Origin: Candidatus Latescibacterota bacterium
GTDB taxonomy: Bacteria > Latescibacterota > UBA2968 > GCA-2709665
NCBI GenBank assembly: GCA_965203805.1
Contig: OZ241917.1
Coordinates: forward strand, 960,001 to 1,024,000
Length of the DNA stretch: 64,000 nt
Direction: 5' to 3'
Shown here: positions 28,431-37,940 of the stretch, piece by piece
Layout: the number at the start of each line of letters is the position of its first letter
Numbering within the stretch: the first letter of the stretch is position 1
The notes under the pieces: generated by a model
The model's input: only the letters and a program-made list of their open reading frames with translations
What the model was told of the DNA's origin: nothing
Database searches by the model: none
Program-made: the position numbers and the translations under genes

Positions 28431-28514
28431 ATGTATCCTGGAAATCCGGTGTCAGATCGCCTTTATTGACTTGCGAATATTCGATTTAACGTCCCCGAAA
28501 AGTGACGAATCAAG
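28431..28514. repeat. Dispersed ~85-bp structured repeat, copy 2
   Basis: Homologous to 22168-22255; also abuts the stop codon of a minus-strand gene. Confidence 0.85.
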
Positions 28515-28515
28515 A

Positions 28516-29322
28516 TCAATACCCGATTCGACGCAAGAATTCGTACGTCTTCCGGCTCCGCCTGGCCTCGCTGATGGGGTCATCAGCGCCCGGTACGGGA
28601 TTTCCAGGACAACTGGTTACCCACCGGGAGAACCCGATTTCCTCCAGCACCCTTCGAATCGCCGTGAAATCCAGGTCCGACCCGTCGCCCACGTCGCACC
28701 AGACCGGATCGTACCGTCCGCTTTCGTCCCGTGAGGTGGACGTATAGTCCTGAAGGTGCATGTAATTCAACCGGCTGCTGAAATCCCGTATCGAGTCGGC
28801 CGGATCGTATCCCCACAGCAGGGCGTGGGACACGTCGATACACAGCTTTGCCTTCCGAAGGCGTCCGGTGTAGAATTTCCAGTCCGCCACGGAATCGACC
28901 AGGGTATTGGTGTGAATGTGGTAACTGATTTCCAGTCCCTGCGCCTCCGCGTATTCCGCCCACGCTTCCGCGCCTTCCGCCGCCGCCGTCAGATCGTCCT
29001 CATTCACCGGCCGGCCGGACGGTTTGCCGCCGCTCATAAACATGAAGCAGTCGGCTCCCACTTCCGCGGCGTAGTCCATCCGCCGCCGGTTGCGCTCCAC
29101 GTGCGCCCAGTCCCTCACGTCCGGCGACCCGCTTGCAGTATATACCGCCATCGGCATTCCCGCGTTTTCGCACACGCGCCGCAACCGCGAAGGCGGCCCC
29201 AGCCAGTCCGGGGACAACCGCCCCTCCCAGCCGTCCCAGCCAGCCCCCTTCAATGCTTCCAGCGCCGGCTCCAGGTCGGGTTCCTGCCATCTCAGCGTAC
29301 TGTATCCCAGTTTGAAAGCCAT
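28516..29322 (-). CDS. Sugar phosphate isomerase/epimerase (IolE-like TIM barrel)
   Basis: SYHIH, IDVSH, HLQD, VGDG motifs. Confidence 0.88.
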   Translation of the reverse strand: MAFKLGYSTLRWQEPDLEPALEALKGAGWDGWEGRLSPDWLGPPSRLRRVCENAGMPMAVYTASGSPDVRDWAHVERNRRRMDYAAEVGADCFMFMSGGKPSGRPVNEDDLTAAAEGAEAWAEYAEAQGLEISYHIHTNTLVDSVADWKFYTGRLRKAKLCIDVSHALLWGYDPADSIRDFSSRLNYMHLQDYTSTSRDESGRYDPVWCDVGDGSDLDFTAIRRVLEEIGFSRWVTSCPGNPVPGADDPISEARRSRKTYEFLRRIGY

Positions 29323-29375
29323 GGGTTCCTCCGTCTGCCCTTCGAAGCTGTCCTGAAAGGCAAGGCGCTTCCCGA

Positions 29376-31868
29376 CTACCGCGCCCGCCGCGTCAACTCC
29401 TCCCGGGCCTGTTGAAACAACGCGATCAGGCGAGCGCGCGTTTTTTCGTCGCGGAAGACGCCGATTTTCTCCGCCCAGGCGATCCCGCCTTCAAGATGGG
29501 TCAACAGATATTCGCCTTCCGTGGGTTCGAACGCGCACCGGTTGCCCACGTCGATGTAGACCGGTGACGAATGCGCCATCACGGGGCCGGCGTCCGTTGC
29601 GTACTCGCCCCAACACCGTGCCGCCACCCAGCATGACCTCTCAACTTTCAATTCGTGACTCAAGGTGACGGTCCGTCGGTCGCCGGATGCATCCTGCCGG
29701 GTGGCGCGTTTTCCGTTGACGATCAGCTCCACCGCGGTCAACGGCCACACGCTCTCCGCGGCGGCAACGACCTCCACGGTTCCTCCGTTGCCCGGCAATG
29801 CGATCTCGCCGCCCATCGGCGTTCCCTCCACCGCGAGATCGATCATCGCGCCGGTACTTGCGAACGTCGTCCCGCGTTTGACCGCCCTGCACCAGTTCTC
29901 GAACGTAAACCCCTCGTCGGGCCCCAGCTTCGCGTACGTCCGGGAGCCGCCCAGTATGCGACCGTTCGACATCTTGTCCGTGCCACCAACGATCGGAAGC
30001 TTCTGACCCGTATTCAGCCAGCGGTAATACCCGCGCTCTCCGGCCCCGATCCGTTCGCCCTGCCAGATCCAGCACATTTCCGCCGCGTCGGCCTGGCCCA
30101 GCACGATATTTGCGGCGTTCTCGAAATCCGGCGTGGGCATATGCGGCATAATGACCAGTCCGCCCTGCCGGCGGCAGGCTTCCGCCCAGTCAGCCATCAG
30201 GGCCTGGATCTCCCCGCCGATCCAGTCTTCCTGAGGGCCTCCGGTACACATCGGCGCCACCATCTCCTTCAGTCCCAGCAGGCTGATGTGTCCGAGCACG
30301 TGCTGGCGGTTTTCCTGGCTCACCCATATCTTGTGGTACTCGCTGCTCGTCGGCGCCAGGCCGCCCGTAAACTCCTCCCAACTGGTAAACAGGCGGCCCC
30401 ACTGGCTGGCGAGCAGGTTCACCACGTTCAGGTCTTCGCCGGCCGCCTCCAGATGGGAGGATTGAGACGAAAGAAAGTGCACGTGCGTATCGCCCGAATA
30501 GAAGCCCCGGTCCTTCATATCGAAAGCACGTTCGATATCCAGCGAAAGATCCCGCTGGCCGGGCTTCACTTCCACCAGCGCCCGAAGGGGAACATACTCG
30601 AATCCGCGAGCCACCTCCACGTAAACAGGGCCCACGGGCAGTTCGACCTGGCAGGTACCGTCGATGTAGGCGTACGGCGTGCCACGCACCTTGCAGTCGC
30701 CGCCCATATCCTCGAACCAGGCGGTATTCACGTCTGCCTGGTGACCGTGCGGCGCGAAATAGGCGCCGTGGGAAGACCGGAAGTGTATCCGGCATCCCAC
30801 CGGCATGCCGGATTCCGCGTCGTTCACCCGAACGTGCAGCCATTGCTTGCCGGCGGGCGCGACCAGGGCGACCCGGGTGCTGCCGCGCTGCACAGTCTTG
30901 TTCTCCAGTACGTCGCCCCATTTGAACGATTCGCCGGACTCCCCGCACCTGATGTTCAAATCGGCTTTCGGCGACCCGTGTATTTCAAGGTACCTCCCCT
31001 CCCTTACCTCCCCTCCACCAGCGCCCCAACCGGTCTCATCCGTTTCGAGATAGTCATCGCCGGGTACGAAAAGCCGGTCCTGCCGCGCGATCACGCCCCG
31101 GTCGAGTTCTGCCGTGACCTCGTCGTCGTTCCCTGTCGAAACAGCGATCTCGCTGCGCGGATGCCACGCGAACGGGTCGCTTTCTTCCTGGCACAGCGTG
31201 ATTCCGCCCAGAGCTATTGCGGCATCGAGGGACGCCGATACCTCGATGCTCTGAATGGTCTGCTCCGGATACGGATTGACCCAGTCGTACAGCCACCAGC
31301 CCGCCAGATCGCTGCTCTCGGACCTGACGCCCACCTGCGCCGCGCCGTACGGCAGGGTCCGGTCGTCCAGGGCTATCGGAAGGAACTCGCGGCAATTCCG
31401 ACAGAGAAACGGATGGTGGCCCCACGGCACGAACAGATCGTGGATTTCGAATCGCCGCCTCAACGCCTGCGCGACCCCGGCTCCGGTCTCGTAGCCGATC
31501 CGGTACCTACCCACGACCTCGCCGGTCCCTTCAAGACTCGCTTCCGCCCCGTCAACAGGCGTACAGACGTGCGCGAACAGCACCCTGCGCGCCTTTCGCC
31601 CAACGGGAATGGAGACGGCGCCGGCGACCCGTTCGCTGCGCCGGCCCGAAACCACGACAAACGCGAGGCCTCCGGAAGTCTCGTCCCGGTCCGCGAGCGC
31701 GAACGGAACGCCCCAGAATCGGCAATCTCCGCCGGAAAGCCGGCAAAGCCCGCTCAATCCGGGTCTTTCGGACACTGCGGGCCAGAGCCAACCCGCACCC
31801 GTATCCACATTCTCCGTACCGGCATTCAAGCAGGCGGTCAGGTCCAGCGGCTGAAACATGTCCGACAT
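29376..31868 (-). CDS. CehA/McbA-family PHP-like metallohydrolase
   Basis: SGDTHVH, ENRQHVLGH, PH, GGTDKMS, GTTFASTG, AHSSPVY. Confidence 0.85.
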   Translation of the reverse strand: MSDMFQPLDLTACLNAGTENVDTGAGWLWPAVSERPGLSGLCRLSGGDCRFWGVPFALADRDETSGGLAFVVVSGRRSERVAGAVSIPVGRKARRVLFAHVCTPVDGAEASLEGTGEVVGRYRIGYETGAGVAQALRRRFEIHDLFVPWGHHPFLCRNCREFLPIALDDRTLPYGAAQVGVRSESSDLAGWWLYDWVNPYPEQTIQSIEVSASLDAAIALGGITLCQEESDPFAWHPRSEIAVSTGNDDEVTAELDRGVIARQDRLFVPGDDYLETDETGWGAGGGEVREGRYLEIHGSPKADLNIRCGESGESFKWGDVLENKTVQRGSTRVALVAPAGKQWLHVRVNDAESGMPVGCRIHFRSSHGAYFAPHGHQADVNTAWFEDMGGDCKVRGTPYAYIDGTCQVELPVGPVYVEVARGFEYVPLRALVEVKPGQRDLSLDIERAFDMKDRGFYSGDTHVHFLSSQSSHLEAAGEDLNVVNLLASQWGRLFTSWEEFTGGLAPTSSEYHKIWVSQENRQHVLGHISLLGLKEMVAPMCTGGPQEDWIGGEIQALMADWAEACRRQGGLVIMPHMPTPDFENAANIVLGQADAAEMCWIWQGERIGAGERGYYRWLNTGQKLPIVGGTDKMSNGRILGGSRTYAKLGPDEGFTFENWCRAVKRGTTFASTGAMIDLAVEGTPMGGEIALPGNGGTVEVVAAAESVWPLTAVELIVNGKRATRQDASGDRRTVTLSHELKVERSCWVAARCWGEYATDAGPVMAHSSPVYIDVGNRCAFEPTEGEYLLTHLEGGIAWAEKIGVFRDEKTRARLIALFQQAREELTRRAR

Positions 31869-31912
31869 AAGCTGCTCGCCTTAATCCCGTGTTCTGCAGA
31901 TATGAAAACCGA

Positions 31913-31941
31913 TTGACGGTCGGCCGCGTTGTCCGTACTCT
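31913..31941 (+). promoter_or_regulatory. Sigma-70 promoter
   Basis: TTGACG-17-TACTCT before the amidohydrolase gene. Confidence 0.55.
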
Positions 31942-31992
31942 CGGAGAACCGCCAGATCGCGTTTCCGGCCCATTCCTCGAGGAGCGAATTCA

Positions 31993-32733
31993 ATGATCAT
32001 CGACAGCCATGTGCATCTCAGACACGGCAATGCCGAACGTACGGAATATACAGCGCATCAGATTATCGAATCCATGGACGGCGCGGGCGTGGACAAATCG
32101 GTCGTCTTCGCCATTTGCACCACCGCGTTCGACGCCATTGCGCGGGCCCGCACCGCGCACGAACTGTATCCGGACCGCCTTATCCCGTACGCGTACGCCC
32201 TGCCCAATCCCGAACGTCCGATCATCGGAAGCATCGAAGAAGCCGTCACGCGCCTTGGTTTCAAGGGCATCAAGATACACGCCGGCGAGTGCACCCTGGC
32301 GGAGTACGTGTCGGACCCCATCCTGAAACTGGCCGGCGAACACGGTGTGCCATGTCTTATCGATTTCATCGGCCGCGACGCCGACCTCGATCGCATGGCC
32401 CGGTCCTTTCCCGATACCCCGATCATCGTCGCTCACATGGGCCGCTACCTGTGCACCGACCGGGGACTCATCGACCGGTTTGTCCGCATCGTCGAAACAA
32501 ACGACAACGTGTATCTGGACATCAGCGGCGTCGTATTGATCTGGAAAATCCGCGAGGCGGTGGAACGTGTGGGGCCGGAACGCATCATCTGGGGAACCGA
32601 CGGGCCCTACCCCACACCCGACCTGGCGTCGTATATCCGCACCGACCTCGCAAAGGTCAGGGCCTCCGGCATTACAGGACCGGAACTCTCCGCAATTCTT
32701 GCCGGAAACATCTCCCGGCTGCTTGATCTCTGA
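31993..32733 (+). CDS. Amidohydrolase_2 family protein
   Basis: IIDSHVH, KGIKIH, AHMG, WGTDGP; GAGGAG RBS. Confidence 0.92.
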   Translation: MIIDSHVHLRHGNAERTEYTAHQIIESMDGAGVDKSVVFAICTTAFDAIARARTAHELYPDRLIPYAYALPNPERPIIGSIEEAVTRLGFKGIKIHAGECTLAEYVSDPILKLAGEHGVPCLIDFIGRDADLDRMARSFPDTPIIVAHMGRYLCTDRGLIDRFVRIVETNDNVYLDISGVVLIWKIREAVERVGPERIIWGTDGPYPTPDLASYIRTDLAKVRASGITGPELSAILAGNISRLLDL

Positions 32734-32807
32734 CGCTTGATGCTTGTTATGACTCCCAACCCGCGGTTGTCCGGACCCGGCGATCGGTGACTTCACGACA
32801 CTTTTTC

Positions 32808-32835
32808 TTGACAAAAATCCGCGTTTGTATATTTT
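32808..32835 (+). promoter_or_regulatory. Sigma-70 promoter of the riboswitch-asd transcript
   Basis: TTGACA-16-TATTTT just before the aptamer. Confidence 0.6.
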
Positions 32836-32844
32836 CTTCCCGCT

Positions 32845-33027
32845 GCAAGGGTAGAGGCGCAGGCTTGCATCAGTAACCGGCAGTGGTCGGCGGACCCACA
32901 GCTGCCGGACGAAAGGGTGAACCTGCCGAAGCCCGGAACTCCCTCCGCCGGGATTCACGGGCTGGGCTGCTGGATAAGATCCAGCGGACTGTCACGGGAA
33001 ACAAGGCCCCGTGGAGCGCTCTCTTGC
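32845..33027 (+). ncRNA. Lysine riboswitch (L-box)
   Basis: AGAGGCGC...AGTAA...GAAAGG...GCCGAA...ACTGTC...GGAGCGCT core; P1 GCAAGGG/CTCTTGC; upstream of asd. Confidence 0.93.
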
Positions 33028-33048
33028 GATATCGCGCATTCCGGTCGT

Positions 33049-33090
33049 AGCCGGCGATGTCTCTACCTTTGGACATGCCGGCTGTTTTTG
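33049..33090 (+). terminator. Riboswitch expression-platform terminator
   Basis: AGCCGGC-G-ATGTC...GACAT-GCCGGCT-GTTTTT; loop TCTACCTTT is complementary to the P1 5' strand. Confidence 0.8.
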
Positions 33091-33126
33091 TGCCGCCGAT
33101 AACCCTCACTCACAGAAGGAACGGAA

Positions 33127-34209
33127 ATGAAAAAACTCAAAGCAGGTGTTCTCGGGGCGACCGGCATGGTCGGTCAGCGCTTCGTCTCACTCCTGGAAGA
33201 CCATCCCTGGTTCGAGGTCTGTGTGGTGGCGGCCAGCCCGCGGTCGGCGGGCAAAACGTATCGCGAGGCCGTCGCGGGTCGATGGACGCTCACTTCCGAC
33301 ATTCCAATGAATACTGCCGATCTGACGGTCAGGAACGTGAACGAGGTCGACGCCATCGCCGATCAGGTCGACTTCGTCTGCTCGGCGCTGGATATGGAAA
33401 AAGAGGACATCCGCGACCTCGAGGACGCCTATGCCCGGCGGGAGACGCCCGTGGCGTCCAACAATTCCGCCCATCGGTGGACGCCGGACGTCCCCATGCT
33501 CATGCCCGAAATCAACCCGGGACACGTGGACATCATCGAGGCCCAGCGCAAGCGTCTGGGCACCCGCTCGGGCTTTGTCGCCGTCAAACCGAACTGTTCG
33601 ATTCAGCCCTATGTCCCTGCCTTCGAGGCGTTGGCGGACTTTGGGCCTCAGCGCGCATCCGTATGCACGTACCAGGCGATTTCAGGCGCGGGAAAGACCT
33701 TTGCGTCGTGGCCCGAAATGGAGGACAATATTATCCCCTTCATCGGAGGGGAAGAAGAGAAAAGCTCCATGGAACCGCTGAAAATCTGGGGCGAGATTCA
33801 CAACGGCGAAATCCGAAACGCAAGCGGACCGGTCATTTCCGCACAGTGCATCCGGGTGCCCGTCAGCGACGGACATATGGCCGCCACGTCGGTGTCATTC
33901 GAAAGGAAGCCTTCCCGGGAGCAGGTTATCGAGTCCTGGCGTAATTTCCAGGGGGATCCGAAGGCGGCCAACCTGCCTTCTTCGCCCAGACCGTTTCTGA
34001 CGTATTTCGATGAAGACGACCGGCCGCAGACCCGGTTGGACCGGGACGCGGGCGATGGCATGGGCGTCACGCTGGGGAGGCTGAGGGACGACAACCTTTT
34101 CGACTACAGATTCATCGCCCTGAGTCACAACACCGTTCGAGGGGCGGCGGGCGGCGCCGTTCTCATGGCCGAACTGCTTGCGGCCGAGGGTTATCTGCGG
34201 GCAAAGTAG
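33127..34209 (+). CDS. asd: Aspartate-semialdehyde dehydrogenase
   Basis: GATGMVGQ, PNCS catalytic Cys, QAISGAG, RVPVSDGH, HNTVRGAAG. Confidence 0.97.
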   Translation: MKKLKAGVLGATGMVGQRFVSLLEDHPWFEVCVVAASPRSAGKTYREAVAGRWTLTSDIPMNTADLTVRNVNEVDAIADQVDFVCSALDMEKEDIRDLEDAYARRETPVASNNSAHRWTPDVPMLMPEINPGHVDIIEAQRKRLGTRSGFVAVKPNCSIQPYVPAFEALADFGPQRASVCTYQAISGAGKTFASWPEMEDNIIPFIGGEEEKSSMEPLKIWGEIHNGEIRNASGPVISAQCIRVPVSDGHMAATSVSFERKPSREQVIESWRNFQGDPKAANLPSSPRPFLTYFDEDDRPQTRLDRDAGDGMGVTLGRLRDDNLFDYRFIALSHNTVRGAAGGAVLMAELLAAEGYLRAK

Positions 34210-34241
34210 CTTCAATTGACGTGCGCTTTTCCGGCAGATTC

Positions 34242-36743
34242 TCAGTGTGGAACCCCCTGCCGGTGCAACCGGCGGTGGATAGCCTCTCTTGCCTCCTGAA
34301 ACGGTCGCTCCAGGTATGCCATGTGATCCTCTTCCCCGTGGTGGTGCGTGACCTCGCCCGGCCTGTGCTGCCGGCTGTTCTCGTGCATGTACGTCAGGCA
34401 GCCGTCCACCAGCGTCAACATGTACCGCGCCGTTTCAGAATCGAACATCCACCACTCGCCGCCGCAGGCAATATAGACCGGGGAGGTATGCGCCATCATG
34501 CCGCGTCCCCATCCGTCGAGGTGGGGAACCGCCCGGGTATAGTCCGGGCCTCCGCACCGTGCGGCCAGCCACGAGTGGGCACCCACTTCGATTTCCGCTT
34601 TCAGTCTCAGCTTTCGCGCACCCCCCGATTCTTCCGTTGAGGCAACCACGCGCCCGTCCTGCACGATCTGCAGTGTATGGATGGGCAGCACGCATTCAGC
34701 CTCCGCGACCGCTTCGACACAGCCGCCGTTACCCGGCAGTCTGACCGTGTCGCCGATGTCGTGGCCATCCACGGTGAACCGGATGATCGGCCCTCCGCTG
34801 TGAAAGGTCCGGCCCGCGGCCATGTTCCTGCACCAGGTTTCGTAGGTGAACGGCTCGTCGTCGGGAATCCTCACGTACGTTCGGTAGATGCCCACCGGCA
34901 CGTCGCTGCTCATCTTGTCCGTGCCACCCACGAGCGGCAGCCTGTATCCGCAGTTCAGATACCTGTAGTATTCGTTGTGATTGTACGTTGCGTGCCTGAG
35001 CATCTCAACGGCGTCGGCGCGCCCCGTTGCGATGAGTGCGGCCGGCTCCCCGTTGGGATTGGGAAGGTGGGGAATGATCACGGTTCCGTCCTGTGCGTGG
35101 CATCGGTCCGCCCAATCCGCCATGGTCACCTCGAGCGTTCCTCCCATCTCCGCTTCGCCGGGGCCGTCGGAACACCAGGGCATCACTGTCTCCTTCAGAC
35201 CGAGCAGAATCAGATGCCCGAGGAAATGCTGCCGGTTTTCCGATCCGACGTAGACGATGCTTCTCCCGTCCGGCGACACGCTCGCTCTGCCGGTGAACTC
35301 CTCGGTGCTGGTAAAGAGGTTGCCCCACTGCGAGGGCAGCAGGTTGACGACGTTCAGGTCCTCTCCCTGGGCCTCGGTGTGGCTTCCCTGCGTGGAAAGA
35401 AAATGGACGTGGGAATCCCCGCTGAACCACCTCTCGTCATTCATGCTGCACCAGCGTTTCAGCCGCAAATCCAGTTCCCGCTGTCCGGGCGTGATTTCCA
35501 CCGCGGCGCGGAGCGGCTCGTACTCGAATCCCCGGGCCACGTCCACGATGACCCGTCCCCTGGGCAGCCAGCCCTGGCAGGTGCCGTCCGTATAGGCATA
35601 GGTAATCTGACCCAGCCGCACGTCGCCGCCCACGTCGACGTGCCACGTACCGAGGTTGGAGTTCACGTGCGGATGGTGACCGTGCGGCGCGTACGGTATC
35701 CCTTCGGGCGACCTGAAGTGCACCCGGCAGGGTACCGGTTTCCCGGTCTCGTCATCGACCACCCGGGTGTGCACCCAGTTGCGCCCGCGGTTTACGACCT
35801 CGACCTTCAACGCAGCGGTCTCGACGCTGCCGCGTTTCTCCAGTTCCCCCCAATTTACGGCACCCAGCGTTTCGGAACTCTGGCTCACCGTGACGGTTGC
35901 CGACGGAATCGCGGCCACTTCGACGTACGCCGGACTGCTCGCCGGGTTCTGCGGCTCCCCCCAGCCCTTTCTGTCATCCCTGAGGAAATCGTCCGTCGGC
36001 CGCGCCGGCAGCGGATAGGGGTACGTGGCGATACCCCGGTCCACCTGCACATCCAGGTCGAACGGCTTGTCGGCATCCTCCTGTCTAGGCAGCGTAATCA
36101 ATACTTCCCGCGGGGCCTCTCGCGAAATCGGATGCTCGTCGGCGTGCCCAAGCGTGATGCCTCCGATGACAAACCGGAGGTCCCCGGGAATCACCTCCAG
36201 CCGTTCGATCAGTCGGTCCGGGTGGGGATTCTTCCAGACCCAGAGCGTAAAGGCACTCGAACGGCCCTGAATCGCCTCGGTCTGACGTCGACCGGCGTCG
36301 CCCCACCTGCCCTCGTAGCGGGGCAGCATTTCGTCGGTCCGGTCCTGCACCGCGATAAACGGGAGCCCTGCCGCCGCCGGTACCGCGCCAATCTCGAAAC
36401 GGTCCCTGATCGGCGCCGAGACGGCCTCGCCACCCTCGAAATGGAAGCGGTATTCTGCAACGCGCTCACCGATCGGCCCGTTATCCGGAATCCCGGAATC
36501 AAGCAACCGGTGCGCCACGACCACCCGCTGCGCCGTTTTTTCGACCGGGACGGCGACCGGTCGGCGCGACACCCCTTCCCCGAAACCCAGCAGGCAGGGC
36601 GCGGCCCTGCCGTCCGCGCGTCCGATCAGGAACGGCAGACCCTGGAAGTGATGGACGCCCGCGGGCACATCCAATGCCTCACCCAGGCGCTCAGGGTCCG
36701 TATTGCACATCGACGACAGATCCAGCGGTTCATAAGCAGCCAT
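34242..36743 (-). CDS. CehA/McbA-family PHP-like metallohydrolase (paralogue of 29376-31868)
   Basis: SGDSHVH, ENRQHFLGH, GGTDKMS, AHTSPVY. Confidence 0.85.
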   Translation of the reverse strand: MAAYEPLDLSSMCNTDPERLGEALDVPAGVHHFQGLPFLIGRADGRAAPCLLGFGEGVSRRPVAVPVEKTAQRVVVAHRLLDSGIPDNGPIGERVAEYRFHFEGGEAVSAPIRDRFEIGAVPAAAGLPFIAVQDRTDEMLPRYEGRWGDAGRRQTEAIQGRSSAFTLWVWKNPHPDRLIERLEVIPGDLRFVIGGITLGHADEHPISREAPREVLITLPRQEDADKPFDLDVQVDRGIATYPYPLPARPTDDFLRDDRKGWGEPQNPASSPAYVEVAAIPSATVTVSQSSETLGAVNWGELEKRGSVETAALKVEVVNRGRNWVHTRVVDDETGKPVPCRVHFRSPEGIPYAPHGHHPHVNSNLGTWHVDVGGDVRLGQITYAYTDGTCQGWLPRGRVIVDVARGFEYEPLRAAVEITPGQRELDLRLKRWCSMNDERWFSGDSHVHFLSTQGSHTEAQGEDLNVVNLLPSQWGNLFTSTEEFTGRASVSPDGRSIVYVGSENRQHFLGHLILLGLKETVMPWCSDGPGEAEMGGTLEVTMADWADRCHAQDGTVIIPHLPNPNGEPAALIATGRADAVEMLRHATYNHNEYYRYLNCGYRLPLVGGTDKMSSDVPVGIYRTYVRIPDDEPFTYETWCRNMAAGRTFHSGGPIIRFTVDGHDIGDTVRLPGNGGCVEAVAEAECVLPIHTLQIVQDGRVVASTEESGGARKLRLKAEIEVGAHSWLAARCGGPDYTRAVPHLDGWGRGMMAHTSPVYIACGGEWWMFDSETARYMLTLVDGCLTYMHENSRQHRPGEVTHHHGEEDHMAYLERPFQEAREAIHRRLHRQGVPH

Positions 36744-36778
36744 ACCCAAAAGCCCCTTGTGGACAAAGCGTCTCGACG

Positions 36779-37744
36779 CTACGTCACCCGGTTGCGCGGG
36801 CGGCCCTCCAGAAATGCGATGACGTTGTCCACCGCGCCCCCGTTCAGCAGGTCAACCCCTTCCGGCGTCATGTCCGCGCAGTGAGGCGTCAGCACCGCGT
36901 GTTCGCAAGACAGCAGCGGATGCGATGGCGGCAGCGGCTCCTCGTCGTAGACGTCGATCGCCGCGCCGCCCAGACGCCCCGACCTGAGTGCGGCCACCAT
37001 CGCGGCCGTATCGACCACCGGTCCCCGGGCGCCGTTTAACAGAATAGCGCCGTCTTTCATCAGTCCGAATTCCCTCGCGCCGATCAACCCGCGGCTGTCT
37101 TCGGTGAGCGCCACATGCATGCTGACGACGTCGGCTTCGGCCAGCAATTCGTCGAGTTTCACGAAACGCACGCCCAGCCTGTCTGCCCGTTCAGGCGACG
37201 GATTGTAGGTCCACGCGATCACCTCCATCCCGATGGCGCGTCCCAGCCTGGCCATCTCCGCCCCGATATTCCCGGCGCCGACGATACCCAACACCTTGCC
37301 CTGCAGATAGATGCCGTCCATCCTGGGCCATTCGCCCGCCTTCATCCGCTCCGTAAAGAACGCCGCGCGTTTCGCCGCGGAGAACATAAGCCCGAACATG
37401 TGTTCGGCCACCACCGGCGCCGTTCGCCCCGGCTGGTTGCAGATGACAATCCCGTGCGCTCTGGCGGCTTCAAGGTCGAACATGTCGGTACCGATCGAGC
37501 AACTCGTAATCATCCGCAGATCGGGCAACCGTTCGAATTCTTCCCGCCTCCAGGACACCACGCCTCTTGTGTTGATGATGACTTCCGAGCCCTCCGCGCG
37601 CGCGACTTTCTCCGCACTCGACTCCGGCCTCGTATCGTACAGAACCACCTGACCATAACGCGCCAGGCGGTCCAGATGGGGAGACCCCGCGATCATCACC
37701 GGATCGTCTCCCGGGACCAGCATCCTTACCGTTCCATCGGCCAT
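36779..37744 (-). CDS. D-isomer-specific 2-hydroxyacid dehydrogenase (SerA/glycerate DH-like)
   Basis: GIVGAGNIG, NGARG, DVYDEEP, TPH; GGAG RBS. Confidence 0.92.
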   Translation of the reverse strand: MADGTVRMLVPGDDPVMIAGSPHLDRLARYGQVVLYDTRPESSAEKVARAEGSEVIINTRGVVSWRREEFERLPDLRMITSCSIGTDMFDLEAARAHGIVICNQPGRTAPVVAEHMFGLMFSAAKRAAFFTERMKAGEWPRMDGIYLQGKVLGIVGAGNIGAEMARLGRAIGMEVIAWTYNPSPERADRLGVRFVKLDELLAEADVVSMHVALTEDSRGLIGAREFGLMKDGAILLNGARGPVVDTAAMVAALRSGRLGGAAIDVYDEEPLPPSHPLLSCEHAVLTPHCADMTPEGVDLLNGGAVDNVIAFLEGRPRNRVT

Positions 37745-37940
37745 CTCCGGACCTCCAGTGTGGCGACATCTGACAACACGGTTGCCGCAGGGACCGCACG
37801 CGGCAGGGGCGTCCCGTATCCCGAATGCCGAAGGAGGCCGAACACCGCAAGCCTGGGGGACGATGCCTCCAGTACCGGAATCCGCCCGCTCCGGGATCCG
37901 TTCATGCGCACGCATCCTGACGGAGTCCGTCCAAGCGCGC

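Noticed and set aside
29655-31916. 753-aa plus-strand ORF (likewise 34677-36884, 735 aa)
   Set aside because: Antisense to the CehA-like genes; no RBS or recognisable domain
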